A stretch of DNA of 64,000 nucleotides, from contig JASFYR010000005.1 of assembly GCA_045047115.1 (NCBI GenBank), forward strand, positions 1 to 64,000. Direction: 5' to 3'. The DNA is from Sulfurospirillum sp. (lineage in GTDB: Bacteria; Campylobacterota; Campylobacteria; Campylobacterales; Sulfurospirillaceae). Both the position numbers and the translations under genes were made by a program. Position 1 is the first letter of the stretch. Each line of letters opens with the position of its first letter. Below, piece after piece: positions 10,741 to 21,263 of the stretch. The notes under the pieces are model-generated. The model searched no databases and had not been told where the DNA came from. It saw nothing but the letters and a program-made list of their open reading frames with translations.

Positions 10741-11762
10741 ATGTTTTCCTCATGCGTAAATAATCCGCCAACTTCAAGCGGAGTGAGTCTGAAAAGCTCA
10801 TAACACTTTGTTGTAGCCACTCTTCCCCTGGCAGTTCTTTGCATATAGCCATTTGCCAACAGGTATGGCTCAATAACATCTTCTATAGTCCCCTCATCTT
10901 CACTTAGAGCTGCAGAGAGTGTACTGAGTCCCAAGGCTTTCCCTTTGGCTTCTATAAGCAGTTCCAGGTATTTTATATCCAGCTCATCAAAGCCCAAGTC
11001 ATTTACCCCCAACTCTTCAAGAGCATAACTGCATCTTGCCTTTGTAATTTTCTCTTCATCTTCAACATCGGCAAAATCTCTGACTCTTTTAAGTAGTCTA
11101 AGAGCTATTCTAGGGGTTCCTCTGGATCTTCTTGCTATTTCCAAAGCCCCATCATCGTGGCAAATTTTATTTAGTTTGTGTGAGGCTTTTATAATTATTT
11201 GTGAAAGTTCAAGTTTATCGTAAAATTGCAACCTAAAGTGCATACCAAATCTGTCTCTAAGGGGGGAGCTGATCATGCCAGCCCTTGTAGTTGCACCTAT
11301 CAGAGTGAAGCGAGGCAGATCAATCTTTATAGTTTGAGCCGCAGGTCCGCTCCCTATGATGATATCAAGTCTAAAATCCTCCATCGCAGGATATAGTATC
11401 TCTTCTATAGCAGGAGAGAGTCTATGTATCTCGTCTATAAAAAGTATGTCCCCCTCTTCAAGATTGGTTAAAATTGCAGCTAGATCTCCACTTTTTTCTA
11501 TCATAGGAGCCGCAGTCATCTTGATATTTGCTTCCATTTCATTTGAAATTATGTATGCTAGAGTTGTTTTTCCAAGGCCTGGAGGTCCGAAAAAGAGTGC
11601 ATGGTCCAGGCATTCCTCTCTCTTTTTTGATGCTTTGATAAAAACTTTTAGATTTCTTTTAATCTTGTCTTGGCCTATATAGTCATCCCAAGTGGTTGGT
11701 CGCAGAGACTTTTCAAATTCATTGTCAAATGAGATTTTGTCTATTTCTACTACTCTTTCCAT
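10737..11762 (-). CDS. ruvB: Holliday junction branch migration helicase
   Basis: [26 protein letters not shown] motifs. Confidence 0.98.
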   Translation of the reverse strand: MERVVEIDKISFDNEFEKSLRPTTWDDYIGQDKIKRNLKVFIKASKKREECLDHALFFGPPGLGKTTLAYIISNEMEANIKMTAAPMIEKSGDLAAILTNLEEGDILFIDEIHRLSPAIEEILYPAMEDFRLDIIIGSGPAAQTIKIDLPRFTLIGATTRAGMISSPLRDRFGMHFRLQFYDKLELSQIIIKASHKLNKICHDDGALEIARRSRGTPRIALRLLKRVRDFADVEDEEKITKARCSYALEELGVNDLGFDELDIKYLELLIEAKGKALGLSTLSAALSEDEGTIEDVIEPYLLANGYMQRTARGRVATTKCYELFRLTPLEVGGLFTHEENI

Positions 11763-12544
11763 TAATATATATGCTCACTGGTGGGAAATGCTCTCGTTTT
11801 GACTTCATCTGTATATGTTTTTAAGGCACTATCTATCAGTTTTGCACCATCAAGGTATCTTTTTACAAATTTTGGTTTAAATTCATTAAAAAATCCAAAA
11901 GCATCACTCCAAACCAGCACTTGTCCATCTGTGCTGGCACCTGAGCCGATCCCGATAGTCGGTATATTTACGCTTTGTGTTATCTTTTTTGCCACCTCAG
12001 CTTTTACACCCTCGATTACTATGCAAAATGCACCGGCTTCTTCAACAGCTTTTGCATCTTTTAGCAGTTGCTCAATGTCTCGTTCGTCTTTACCGCGTAT
12101 CTTGTACCCGCCTTCGCTTCTGACAAATTGTGGCATAAGACCGATATGCCCCATGACAGCTATAGAGTTTGAAGTTAGCTCTTTTATGATATGTGCCCGT
12201 TTGCTTCCACCCTCAATCTTTACTGCGTGGGCACCTGTTTCCCTATACACCCTTGAAGCATTTTTTAGAGCCATTTTTTCATTTGTATATGTTCCAAAAG
12301 GCATATCACACACGATAAAAGTCTCTTTTGCCCCTGCGCATACCGCTTTTGTATGATAAATCATGATATCCAGTGTAGCTGAGAGTGTATCAGGTTTTGC
12401 ATTAAAACTCATGTTCAAACTGTCACCAACTAGTATAATATCAACTTTTGTATCAAACAGTGATGCAAAAAGAGCATCATAAGCAGTTATCATAGTAAGT
12501 AGTGTTTTAGATTTACTCTTTTTAATAGAAGTTATGGTTTGCAT
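11762..12544 (-). CDS. panB: 3-methyl-2-oxobutanoate hydroxymethyltransferase
   Basis: TAYD, LVGDS, DMPF, KIEGG, GHIGL, DGQVLV; start taken at ATG 12544. Confidence 0.96.
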   Translation of the reverse strand: MQTITSIKKSKSKTLLTMITAYDALFASLFDTKVDIILVGDSLNMSFNAKPDTLSATLDIMIYHTKAVCAGAKETFIVCDMPFGTYTNEKMALKNASRVYRETGAHAVKIEGGSKRAHIIKELTSNSIAVMGHIGLMPQFVRSEGGYKIRGKDERDIEQLLKDAKAVEEAGAFCIVIEGVKAEVAKKITQSVNIPTIGIGSGASTDGQVLVWSDAFGFFNEFKPKFVKRYLDGAKLIDSALKTYTDEVKTRAFPTSEHIY

Positions 12545-12637
12545 AAGAGAATCACCTATATAATTTTTAATGATTTTATCAAAAAAATGGTACAATTGTA
12601 CTTAATATATTTTTATATATATCAAAAAGAGGAAATT

Positions 12638-13048
12638 ATGGGACTTTACACACAATTAGAGATAGATTTTGATTTAGATATTGTCGAAGATTTTATTAAT
12701 CACTACTCTATTATGTGTGAAAACATGGAACCTCTGATTATCAGCCTGAATAAACAGGAGAATTTCGAAGAAAATATCAGAGAGCTTTTTAGGATATTTC
12801 ATAATCTAAAGTCTGCCGGCGGGTTTTTAAAACTAGATCAAATTGTAAAATTGGCGACTCTAAGTGAAGATGTTTGTGAAGAGGCGAGAGTGTTGAAGGG
12901 TCCTGCTAGTGAAGAGTTTATAGATTGGCTTTTGCTTATCAGTGATCAGTTTGAGATTTATCGCAAAGATATAGAGCAAGATGTCGAATTTTTCAGTATG
13001 TTAAATCCACTTATCATAAAAGTTCCTCTAAATTTGGAGAGTAATTGA
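12638..13048 (+). CDS. Stand-alone histidine phosphotransfer (Hpt) protein
   Basis: LFRIFHNLKSAGG Hpt motif; start at ATG 12638 after GAGG. Confidence 0.85.
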   Translation: MGLYTQLEIDFDLDIVEDFINHYSIMCENMEPLIISLNKQENFEENIRELFRIFHNLKSAGGFLKLDQIVKLATLSEDVCEEARVLKGPASEEFIDWLLLISDQFEIYRKDIEQDVEFFSMLNPLIIKVPLNLESN

Positions 13049-13800
13049 ATAATAGTAAAACTAAACAGTTGGTAGCTTATATCACAGCAGGTTTTCCTGA
13101 TGTAAATTTTAGCGTTGATTTGGCTTTAGCCTTAAAAGAGTCTGGAGCAGATATATTGGAGCTTGGGATTGCCTTTTCTGATCCTGTAGCTGATGGACCT
13201 ATCATAGAAGAGGCAAATTTAAAATCTCTACAAAACGGTTTTAAAATGCAAAATGTCTTTGATATATCAAAGGAAATTTCAAGCACTATAGATACCTATT
13301 GGATGGGGTATTTTAACTCTTTTTATCATAAGGGAATAGAGCACATATCCGGACTTGCAAAAGATTTGAATGTTAAGGGTTTTATTATTCCTGATTTGCC
13401 ACATGAGGAGACAACTCTATATGAGCCTGTGTTTGGTAAATTAGATTTGAATTTGGTTAGTTTTGTAGCACCGACGGATGACGAAGCAAGAGTAAAAGAG
13501 GTGGTAAAAGAGAGCAAGGGTTTTATCTACCTGGTTGCATATGCAGGTATTACAGGTCAAGGCATCAGTGAGGATTTAAGTGGCATAGCCCAAGAGATTA
13601 GGCAAAACAGCCAAACTCCACTATATGTTGGTTTTGGTGTAGATGAAAAAACAGCAAAACAGAAGTCACAAGGAGTTGACGGGGTTATAGTAGGCAGTGC
13701 TTTTGTCAAGGTTTTGCTTGATGATACTCTGAGCAAAACTAAGAAAATAGCAAAAATTTCACAAATAGCAAAAAATATAAAAGAGTCTATAAATAGCTAA
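13045..13800 (+). CDS. trpA: Tryptophan synthase alpha chain
   Basis: ELGIAFSDPVADGP, PDLP, GITG, VGFG, DGVIVGS. Confidence 0.96.
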   Translation: MNNSKTKQLVAYITAGFPDVNFSVDLALALKESGADILELGIAFSDPVADGPIIEEANLKSLQNGFKMQNVFDISKEISSTIDTYWMGYFNSFYHKGIEHISGLAKDLNVKGFIIPDLPHEETTLYEPVFGKLDLNLVSFVAPTDDEARVKEVVKESKGFIYLVAYAGITGQGISEDLSGIAQEIRQNSQTPLYVGFGVDEKTAKQKSQGVDGVIVGSAFVKVLLDDTLSKTKKIAKISQIAKNIKESINS

Positions 13801-16228
13801 AAGCTCTGTATTTGATGAGTAGCTTTGGAAGTAAAAGTAGCGCGCTCATCAATGATGTAAGCATAACAAGTATAGTCAGCAGACCAAAGTATATAGTTGG
13901 TATGAAGTTTGAAAATACCAAGATTGAAAAGCCGAGTATTATAGCAATAGATGTATAATACATAGCATACCCTATGCTGTTGTGTGATCTTTGCATAGCT
14001 TTTATATAATCACCGTCTTTTGCAAACTCCTCTTTAAATCTTATGATGTAGTGTATGGTGTCGTCAACCCCTATACCTATGCTGATAGAGGCTATGGTTA
14101 TGGTCATAACATCAAGGGGAATGTCGGCAAATCCCATCACGGCAAATATAAATCCAACAGGGATGATATTTGTGGTTATCGCAATGAGAGAAATTTTTAA
14201 AGATCTAAAGAGCAGTAAAAACATCAAAAAGAGTATAAAAACAACAGCCCCTAGTGTTAGTATTTGGGATTCAAACAGGGATTGAAGCATATTGTTGTAA
14301 AGAACCATCAGGTTTGAGAGTCTAAATTTTATGTTTTTATCTCCAGCGACTTTTGGGATGTCTTTTTGAATTTTATGTATCAACTCATTTCGTCGTAAAT
14401 TTGGATTTGAGTCTATTATTCTCATAGCAAACCTTACTTGGTTTTCTTTTATGTTTATATATGGATTCAAGATTATGTCTCTGTATCTTTTTGGCAGTTC
14501 TTTATAAAGAACTGCCAATTCAAATGTATCCAGGTTTTTGTTGCTATTTAGGCTTTTTGCCACTTCCAATACGGTCCCAAATGACTCTACATTTCCTACC
14601 TCTTTGAGTGATTCGAGGTAAGTTTGTATTTTTCTTATTGTATCCATTTTGTTTGGAGAGAACCAGTATTGGTTTTTGTCTTTGTTTGCTTGAAATTCAT
14701 CCTCAAATTCATCAAAACTGTTGTTATCTTTTGTTATCTTTGTTTTTTTATCTTTTTTAAAGGTGAGAATCAAATCAAGTGGAGTTGTTCCGCCTAATTT
14801 TTTGTCTATAACTTCCATTCCCTTGTATATCTCGGTGCTCTTCTTAAAATAACTTATAAAGCTGTTTTCAACTCTGAGTCTGCTTGCCCCGACAAGCGAT
14901 AACAATGCTGTAAGAAGAGCAACAATGAGTATCGCATTGCCATGATTGATCACCAAATTTGAACAGGCTCTTGTAAGGCTGAAGTTTTTGCTGTGGGAGA
15001 GTGGCTTTGTGCTTTTTGGAAAGAGTATCATTATGGCCGGAAAGAGAACAAAAGAGACGATCAGCGATGTGGCTACGCCTATACTCATCATATATCCTAG
15101 ATTGATGACAGGCTTAAGATCGGCTATAACCAAAGATCCAAATCCCGCGATAGTCGTAATAATAGCAAAAAATGATGGTTTTGCTTTGGATAAAACTGTT
15201 TGTAAAATGAGTTCTTTTTGGCTTAACATTTTATCGCTTGCCAACTCTTTATATTTGACAATGAGATGTAAAATGATAGAGAGAGTAATGATAAGCTGCA
15301 AAGATACAAAGTTTGAAGATATGACCGTGACATCCCATCCGAAGATGCCTAAAAATCCCATAGTAAAAACAACAGAGACGATAGAGACCAAGATAGGAAT
15401 GAGAACAAATTTTATCTCTTTAAATATAACAAAAAGTGTGATAATGAGCAATAAAAGCAAGATAGAGCCATAAGTTGCCAAGTCACTCTTTATGAAGCCT
15501 ATCATATCGTCGCTTATCATATTTACCCCGCCGAGAAACATTTTAGCATTACTACTGTATTTGGTCATAATTTTTTTTATTTTGATGAGATTGTTGTGGT
15601 CTTTTTCTCTCTTTTTATCTTTATAGATTTTAAACTGCTTTTCAAGTTCATCTAGTTTTTTTATATCACCGCTTTTTTTAAACTCTTCTCTTTTTTGTAT
15701 GAAATTGCTGTATTTTTTATCATTTTTTAGATATAGCAATATGGCTGTAGTCTTAAAATCACTACTTACGAGACTGTTTTTGTATATAGGGCTGTGTAAA
15801 AACTCCTGTTTTGCAAGTTGCTTATCTACGCCTTTTTCTTGAAGTGTCGGAATTTTTTCCAAAAGATTTTTTAGGGGTCTTGGGGGACTTTGCAAAAGTG
15901 GAACATTCAGAATAGAAACTACAGATGTGATTGAATCCAGTTTTTTGAAGTCACTGCTTATGTTTTTGAGGGTGGAGAGGGATTCTTTTGATAAAAGTGC
16001 CTTTTTGGGAGAGTATGTAACCACCAAAAAATTTGGCATATAGTATTTTTTTGAAATTTCTCTAGTAAAAGCCAAGTCCTTGTCGTTGTCTAAAAGCAGA
16101 GTATCTGCAGAGGCATCTATGCTCATTTTTGTAGCAAAGTATCCAAATACAGCACTCAAAACAAACATAAGCAAAAGTATGGTTTTTGAGAACCTCAATA
16201 TAAAGTTACTATATATCGATTTTAGCAT
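13787..16228 (-). CDS. MMPL/RND-family lipid transporter
   Basis: Two repeats of TM plus large periplasmic loop plus TM bundle; GIGVDDTIH and TTIAGF motifs. Confidence 0.9.
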   Translation of the reverse strand: MLKSIYSNFILRFSKTILLLMFVLSAVFGYFATKMSIDASADTLLLDNDKDLAFTREISKKYYMPNFLVVTYSPKKALLSKESLSTLKNISSDFKKLDSITSVVSILNVPLLQSPPRPLKNLLEKIPTLQEKGVDKQLAKQEFLHSPIYKNSLVSSDFKTTAILLYLKNDKKYSNFIQKREEFKKSGDIKKLDELEKQFKIYKDKKREKDHNNLIKIKKIMTKYSSNAKMFLGGVNMISDDMIGFIKSDLATYGSILLLLLIITLFVIFKEIKFVLIPILVSIVSVVFTMGFLGIFGWDVTVISSNFVSLQLIITLSIILHLIVKYKELASDKMLSQKELILQTVLSKAKPSFFAIITTIAGFGSLVIADLKPVINLGYMMSIGVATSLIVSFVLFPAIMILFPKSTKPLSHSKNFSLTRACSNLVINHGNAILIVALLTALLSLVGASRLRVENSFISYFKKSTEIYKGMEVIDKKLGGTTPLDLILTFKKDKKTKITKDNNSFDEFEDEFQANKDKNQYWFSPNKMDTIRKIQTYLESLKEVGNVESFGTVLEVAKSLNSNKNLDTFELAVLYKELPKRYRDIILNPYINIKENQVRFAMRIIDSNPNLRRNELIHKIQKDIPKVAGDKNIKFRLSNLMVLYNNMLQSLFESQILTLGAVVFILFLMFLLLFRSLKISLIAITTNIIPVGFIFAVMGFADIPLDVMTITIASISIGIGVDDTIHYIIRFKEEFAKDGDYIKAMQRSHNSIGYAMYYTSIAIILGFSILVFSNFIPTIYFGLLTILVMLTSLMSALLLLPKLLIKYRAFSYL

Positions 16229-16232
16229 TTAA

Positions 16233-16811
16233 TTATGATTGTTTGTCTAATTTTTTTAAAAGTTTATCGAAGCTCATTTTTTTAAGTTCATCTGAAAATT
16301 GTGATCTGTAAGTCTGAATAATGCTGACTCCTAAAACACTGACATCATAGATGTACCATTGGTTATTTTTTGATTTGTAGAATTTATATACTATATCGTA
16401 CTTCTCTTTTTTGCCTTTTATTTCGCTAAGCAGGTGGATTCTGTTGCTTTTTATCTTCTGGATGCCATTAACGGTGATTTTTTGTCCGTTATACATATCC
16501 AGTTTGCTTTTATATGACTCTTTGAGTCTGTTTGTAAAGAGAGTTGTAAATCTCTCCTGTTGGGTTTTACTGAGTGTTCCCCATACTCTGCTACCTATAG
16601 AAAGTCTAGCCATCAGCCTGTAATCAAAAACAGAATCAAAAATTTTAAATATCTCTTCGCTGAGTTTATCTTTGCTAACATTGTTCTCTCTGCCAATTTT
16701 AAGCATCTGTACAACATTATTGATATTTGTACTCATAAAGCTCTCTATTTTGTTTTGAGATAATGCAAACATATTTGCACTTAACAGTAAGGCTATAATT
16801 AGGTATTTCAT
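16233..16811 (-). CDS. mlaC: MlaC/Ttg2D periplasmic lipid-binding protein
   Basis: FDYRLMARLSIG, WYIYDVSVLGVSIIQTYRSQF; signal peptide from ATG 16811. Confidence 0.9.
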   Translation of the reverse strand: MKYLIIALLLSANMFALSQNKIESFMSTNINNVVQMLKIGRENNVSKDKLSEEIFKIFDSVFDYRLMARLSIGSRVWGTLSKTQQERFTTLFTNRLKESYKSKLDMYNGQKITVNGIQKIKSNRIHLLSEIKGKKEKYDIVYKFYKSKNNQWYIYDVSVLGVSIIQTYRSQFSDELKKMSFDKLLKKLDKQS

Positions 16812-16818
16812 AATTTTA

Positions 16819-17583
16819 TCACTCCGATATCTGTTTTTTCCGTCTCTGTTCATATATGTTTTTTAAAAATGGATACAGATCTACAGCATCCTTTTTAAGC
16901 TTTTTATATTCGCCTGTGTGCAGTGAACTGTAGTCTATGATTTCTCCAGCTTTTGCACCAAGTGACTCTGTGCTGTTGTCAAAAAGATTATATCCACGAT
17001 TTTGTATATATGTCAGAGGATTTGCAAGTCCATCTGTAATCATCCCGAGAGTATCACGAACATTTGAAGGACCCAGAAGTGGCCAAACTATATAAAAACC
17101 ACTGCCAACTCCGTAAAAACCTAAAGTTTGCCCAAAATCCTCTTGATGTTGTTTTATGTGAAAATTATCATTTGCGACATCAACCAATCCGCACAAGCCA
17201 ATGGTAGAATTCAACAAAAACCTTTGAGTCTCCAAAAATGAGTTTTTTAGCTTCAGCTGTAGAAGATTGTTGATTAGCCTTATAGGATACATTAGATTGT
17301 CAAAAACATTTGCCAAACCTTTTCTTAGCGGTTTTGGCATAACAGCCTTGTATGCTTTTGCAGTTGGTTCCAGTATGTTTAGATAGAAGTAGTCGTTAAA
17401 GCTTGTCATGACTTTGTTATAGCCAGAAAGCGGGTCAATTTCATCTCTGTTTTTTTTGTCAGATGCAGCAAATTCACTATCAAAGTCACTCATCATTTGA
17501 GTTTGTGCTTTTTGCCGGCTACTCGGTGCCGGTATAGCATAAAGAGTTACAAATGTTAAAAAAATAAAAAATAAAAAACGCAT
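16819..17583 (-). CDS. mlaA: MlaA/VacJ family outer-membrane lipid asymmetry protein
   Basis: DPLSGYN, EDFGQTLG, PLLGPSNVRD; start moved to ATG 17583 because the longer ORF runs into the tmRNA. Confidence 0.92.
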   Translation of the reverse strand: MRFLFFIFLTFVTLYAIPAPSSRQKAQTQMMSDFDSEFAASDKKNRDEIDPLSGYNKVMTSFNDYFYLNILEPTAKAYKAVMPKPLRKGLANVFDNLMYPIRLINNLLQLKLKNSFLETQRFLLNSTIGLCGLVDVANDNFHIKQHQEDFGQTLGFYGVGSGFYIVWPLLGPSNVRDTLGMITDGLANPLTYIQNRGYNLFDNSTESLGAKAGEIIDYSSLHTGEYKKLKKDAVDLYPFLKNIYEQRRKKQISE

Positions 17584-17616
17584 ATTTGGTGTATTCCTAA
17601 ATTCTAATAATCTAAA

Positions 17617-18000
17617 TGGTGGAGTTGTCCGGAATCGAACCGGAGTCCAAAAATAGCCACTCTTGACATCTACATGCTTAAAATAGTTGTTAGATTTAAT
17701 TTTGTTTTTGCACAACTAACAAAGCTCAAACAAAACGAACCTCATAATTTCATTTCGAGATGAGGCAATCTCAAAGTATATCTACCAAGCTATTATACTT
17801 CCAAAATCCTACTAGATAGATTCATAGGAGGAAGCAGTCCAAAGCGGTTAAGCTATAAGTTAAACTTACGCTACTGCGTAAGCTGGACGATAGTTACTGT
17901 TATTAGCAGTTATGTGTTTGAAGGTTAGGTAACGCAAGTCCTTCACTCGCGACATGCAGCCAAAAGTTGACACTATTCCTGTCGAAGCCTTGTCAACCCC
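17617..18000 (-). ncRNA. ssrA: tmRNA
   Basis: 5' GGGGTTGAC, 3' T-arm GTTCGATTC and ACTCCACCA end; tag reading frame ANNSNYRPAYAVA* at 17907-17866. Confidence 0.96.
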
Positions 18001-18016
18001 ATCTTAAAAAGATACT

Positions 18017-18025
18017 ATTATATCA
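18017..18025 (-). promoter_or_regulatory. Extended -10 promoter element for ssrA
   Basis: TGaTATAAT on the minus strand 16 nt upstream of the mature 5' end. Confidence 0.6.
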
Positions 18026-18083
18026 TAAAATTTTAAATTAATGAATATTAAGATACAATTATCCAAAATTTATTGGGTTTATT

Positions 18084-18629
18084 ATGAAATATATATATCT
18101 TTTTTGTATTGTGTTGTTTTTTCAAGGTTGCGTCTTTACCGCAAATACGATAAATAAGACAAATTATAAAAGCACTCCGGTTCAAAAACCACAAAAAATT
18201 ATGCCCACTCAAAAAGATAGTTCCAGTCTGTATGATATAGAAATTCAAACTGTTAAAAAACCACAAAAAATTAATTTTTTTAAAACCTTTTATACCGGTA
18301 GCATCAAAGGTGTCATTAAAAGTTTGACATATGATAAAAAGAAAAAGTCATGGCTGTATGAAATAGTTGGAAAAGACACCAGTCATGGCAAATTGCCGTA
18401 TGCAAAGTTTTACAATGATAAAAAATTGGCGAACAGAGGTGATTTTGTATATGTTATATTAAATAATTCTGTTTTAAAAGATATATTTTTTATAAAAAAA
18501 GCAAATAAAAATTACAAAAAATTACAAAAAACCAAAATATCTAAAAAATATCTAAAATTACACAAGCAGAACAAAAGCAGAAAAAGTCCTGATATCAGTT
18601 TGCCTACAGTAGAAAATGTAACCTTTTAG
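18084..18629 (+). CDS. Lysine-rich putative lipoprotein, unknown function
   Basis: Signal peptide ending FFQGC (lipobox-like). Confidence 0.7.
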   Translation: MKYIYLFCIVLFFQGCVFTANTINKTNYKSTPVQKPQKIMPTQKDSSSLYDIEIQTVKKPQKINFFKTFYTGSIKGVIKSLTYDKKKKSWLYEIVGKDTSHGKLPYAKFYNDKKLANRGDFVYVILNNSVLKDIFFIKKANKNYKKLQKTKISKKYLKLHKQNKSRKSPDISLPTVENVTF

Positions 18630-18696
18630 CTGCGTTAACCGCTCATTTACCTATACTTTATACAATTTCATTAAGCAAATTTCAAATACTCCGAAT

Positions 18697-18740
18697 GGGT
18701 CAGGGTTTGAATTTTCCATCGAAATTTCAAACCCTGACCC
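18697..18740. repeat. GGGTCAGGGTT-family palindromic repeat (hairpin form)
   Basis: GGGTCAGGGTTTGAA (18697-18711) / TTCAAACCCTGACCC (18726-18740) perfect 15-bp inverted repeat between convergent genes. Confidence 0.85.
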
Positions 18741-18744
18741 CAAT

Positions 18745-18792
18745 AAAAAACTTTGGAGGCGATTTCAGCCAAGCGTTGCCTCCACTCTTTTT
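18745..18792. terminator. Probable bidirectional terminator
   Basis: TGGAGGCGAT...GTTGCCTCCA stem flanked by A-tract and T-tract between convergent genes. Confidence 0.6.
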
Positions 18793-18797
18793 ATTTT

Positions 18798-20354
18798 CTA
18801 GCTTATGCGCAAACTGATTGTAAATCTCGCTCCATTTTCGTAATTTTTTGCTACAATTTTCCCCTGCATATTTTTTTCTATTATAATTTTCGACATATAG
18901 AGCCCTATGCCTGTACCATTAGACTCTTCTTTTGTGCTGATGTATGGTTCAAAAATTTTACTAATCGGTTTGATTTTTATTCCGCCTCCGTTATCATCAA
19001 TATGGATTTTTATCCACCCGTTTTTTCTGTTTGTAGAGATATTTATAAGCGGATTTTTTACTCTGTTTTCGATCAATATATCTTTGGCATTTGAAAGTAT
19101 ATTTAAAATAACTTGCTCAAATTCATTTTTATATCCCAAAATTTCTATTTCTTCATCAATATCTATATTTAAATCAATTTGTAGATTGTGAAGAGTTTTT
19201 CCTGTTATATTTAAAACATCACTCAAGGATTCTTTGATGCTAAATTTTTTCTTGCTTTTATCAGGCATAAAAAAGTTTCTGAAATCATCAATTGTATTTG
19301 ACATGTAATCAAGTAGTTTTTCAGCATCTTTACTCTTTTGTGACATGGTTTTATCGTCTAATTTTTTCATCATATATCTAAATTTTATATTTAAAATGAT
19401 TGCTGAGAGTTCAGACAGAGGTTGTCTCCACTGATGCGCTATGTTGCTTATCATCTCACCAAGAGCTATAAATTTGGACTTTTCTATCAAAAGCCTCTCC
19501 TGTTCGGCTCTTTTTTGCACCTCGTCTTTTACTCTGATTTCAAGTGTAGAGTTCAACTCTTCTAGCTCAGCTGTTTTGTTGAGTATCTCTTTGTTGTATT
19601 CTTTAAAAAATTTATCTATCTGTTTACCCAATATAATCGCAAATATATTTGCAATCAGAGAGAAGAAGAGAAAAATTACGATAGAAGAGGTGATGTCCAG
19701 TGTCATTTTTCTTTTTAAATCCTCTTTTTTCTGGGCTATGTTTGTATCTATATTATCAAGATAGGTTCCGGCTGCGATTACCCAGTCCCAATCCTTGTAT
19801 AGCTTAAAATATGAGATTTTCGGTCTTATACTGAAGCTGTTTGGTTTCTTGTACATGTAGGTTACAAAAGAGAATCCCTGCTTTCTTATATCCTTTAAAA
19901 AAATCTTTCTAAACTCTTTGCCGTTTTCGTCTTTGTAGTCATCGCTTATAAATTTTCCCTCCAAATCTTTTCTATTTGGATTCAATAGCATTTTTGCAAA
20001 ATTTTTACCCCCTTTATAGTTTATAATTTTATATATGAAGATATAGTTATTTTTGTCGTCCCCAAACTTTATATGTTGCACCCAGTTTTTGACTTCACTT
20101 TTTAGGTTTTTTTCATTGTAGTTTTTTAGAGATTTTTTATATTTTATATATTCGACAACAGAATCAACCTCTCTTTTTATCTCTTTTTTCTGAAGATCTA
20201 TGAAATTTTCTCTTGTATCTTTTATTTCACGATCGAGTATGTCATACTGTTTTGAAATAAAAAAATAGCTTATGAAAATAACAAGCATACTGATAATAAA
20301 CATGGAGCTGAAAATTATAACAGTGGATATATTATCTTTTTTAATTATTTTCAA
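18798..20354 (-). CDS. Cache-domain sensor histidine kinase (probable C4-dicarboxylate sensor)
   Basis: Two TMs around a periplasmic Cache-like domain; IAHQWRQPL H-box, N, G1, F, G2 boxes; adjacent to TRAP genes. Confidence 0.9.
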   Translation of the reverse strand: MKIIKKDNISTVIIFSSMFIISMLVIFISYFFISKQYDILDREIKDTRENFIDLQKKEIKREVDSVVEYIKYKKSLKNYNEKNLKSEVKNWVQHIKFGDDKNNYIFIYKIINYKGGKNFAKMLLNPNRKDLEGKFISDDYKDENGKEFRKIFLKDIRKQGFSFVTYMYKKPNSFSIRPKISYFKLYKDWDWVIAAGTYLDNIDTNIAQKKEDLKRKMTLDITSSIVIFLFFSLIANIFAIILGKQIDKFFKEYNKEILNKTAELEELNSTLEIRVKDEVQKRAEQERLLIEKSKFIALGEMISNIAHQWRQPLSELSAIILNIKFRYMMKKLDDKTMSQKSKDAEKLLDYMSNTIDDFRNFFMPDKSKKKFSIKESLSDVLNITGKTLHNLQIDLNIDIDEEIEILGYKNEFEQVILNILSNAKDILIENRVKNPLINISTNRKNGWIKIHIDDNGGGIKIKPISKIFEPYISTKEESNGTGIGLYMSKIIIEKNMQGKIVAKNYENGARFTISLRIS

Positions 20355-20428
20355 AAATCATCCTTGGGAGGTTTTCATAAGCAAAATTATATTATTATAT
20401 TGAAGATATTTTTCTTAAAAGGATTTTT

Positions 20429-21103
20429 ATGGAAGAGAAGATGCTCAAAAAGCTTTCAAATTTTACAGTTTTATATGCTGAGGATGAAATTGGAGTCAGA
20501 CAAAATGTCTCTGAAATGTTATCCCTGTTTTTTAAGCGTGTATTTCTTGCCAAAGACGGTATAGAGGCGTATGAACTTTTTTTGGAAAAAAGACCGGACT
20601 TGATCATCACAGATATAAGAATGCCTCTTATGGATGGCATAGAATTGGCAAAAAAAATAAGACAAAAGGATCCAAAAGCACAAATCCTCATCATATCTGC
20701 CCATACCGAGGTTGACTATATGTTAGATGCCATAGAGTTGTCTTTGGTGAGATACATTGTCAAGCCCATCACCGAAACAAAACTCGCAGATGCTTTGGAT
20801 AAATTTTTAGTTTCAAAAGAAAATAGTGGCAGTATAGAGTTTAGCGAAGGATGGTTTTATGATATGGACAATAAGCAGATAAGACACGAAGATGATTTGT
20901 TTGATTTGACAAAAAAAGAGCTTAAGCTTCTGGAAATGCTTTTGGAGAGAGACAGTGTTATAAGCTATGAAGAACTGGAATCAGAACTTTGGGAAGGTGA
21001 GTATATGAGTTTGAATGCTCTTCGTTTGATGATGAAAAATTTTAGAAAAAAATTGCCCGAGGGAAGTTTGAAAAATATACAGAGTATTGGTTACAAGTTG
21101 TAA
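20429..21103 (+). CDS. OmpR-family response regulator
   Basis: AEDE, DLIITDIRMP receiver, KP, winged-helix C-terminus ending GYKL. Confidence 0.92.
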   Translation: MEEKMLKKLSNFTVLYAEDEIGVRQNVSEMLSLFFKRVFLAKDGIEAYELFLEKRPDLIITDIRMPLMDGIELAKKIRQKDPKAQILIISAHTEVDYMLDAIELSLVRYIVKPITETKLADALDKFLVSKENSGSIEFSEGWFYDMDNKQIRHEDDLFDLTKKELKLLEMLLERDSVISYEELESELWEGEYMSLNALRLMMKNFRKKLPEGSLKNIQSIGYKL

Positions 21104-21123
21104 CAAATACTCTTGTTTCTTCT

Positions 21124-21144
21124 CAAAAAGTTACAAAAAGTTAC
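21124..21144 (+). promoter_or_regulatory. Tandem 10-bp direct repeat, candidate response-regulator site upstream of dctP
   Basis: CAAAAAGTTA x2; TATAAT at 21225-21230. Confidence 0.45.
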
Positions 21145-21263
21145 TTTTTTTTTAAATTTTTTAAATTTTTTTGTAATATTTATGCTTTTTTAATCCTCTA
21201 CATAAGATAGACACAACTTTTGTTTATAATCGATTTGAAAACAAAATCTAAAAGGAGATTGAC

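Noticed and set aside
17617..17660. tmRNA or tRNA 3' ends as prophage/island attachment sites
   Set aside because: No duplicated 3' fragment and no integrase seen; flanks are core genes.
17584..17715. N-terminal extension of the 298-aa mlaA ORF
   Set aside because: Runs through the tmRNA 3' end; a signal peptide begins at ATG 17583.
18500..18560. Short tandem duplications in the lipoprotein's Lys-rich tail
   Set aside because: Low-complexity A-rich sequence; frame intact; not informative.
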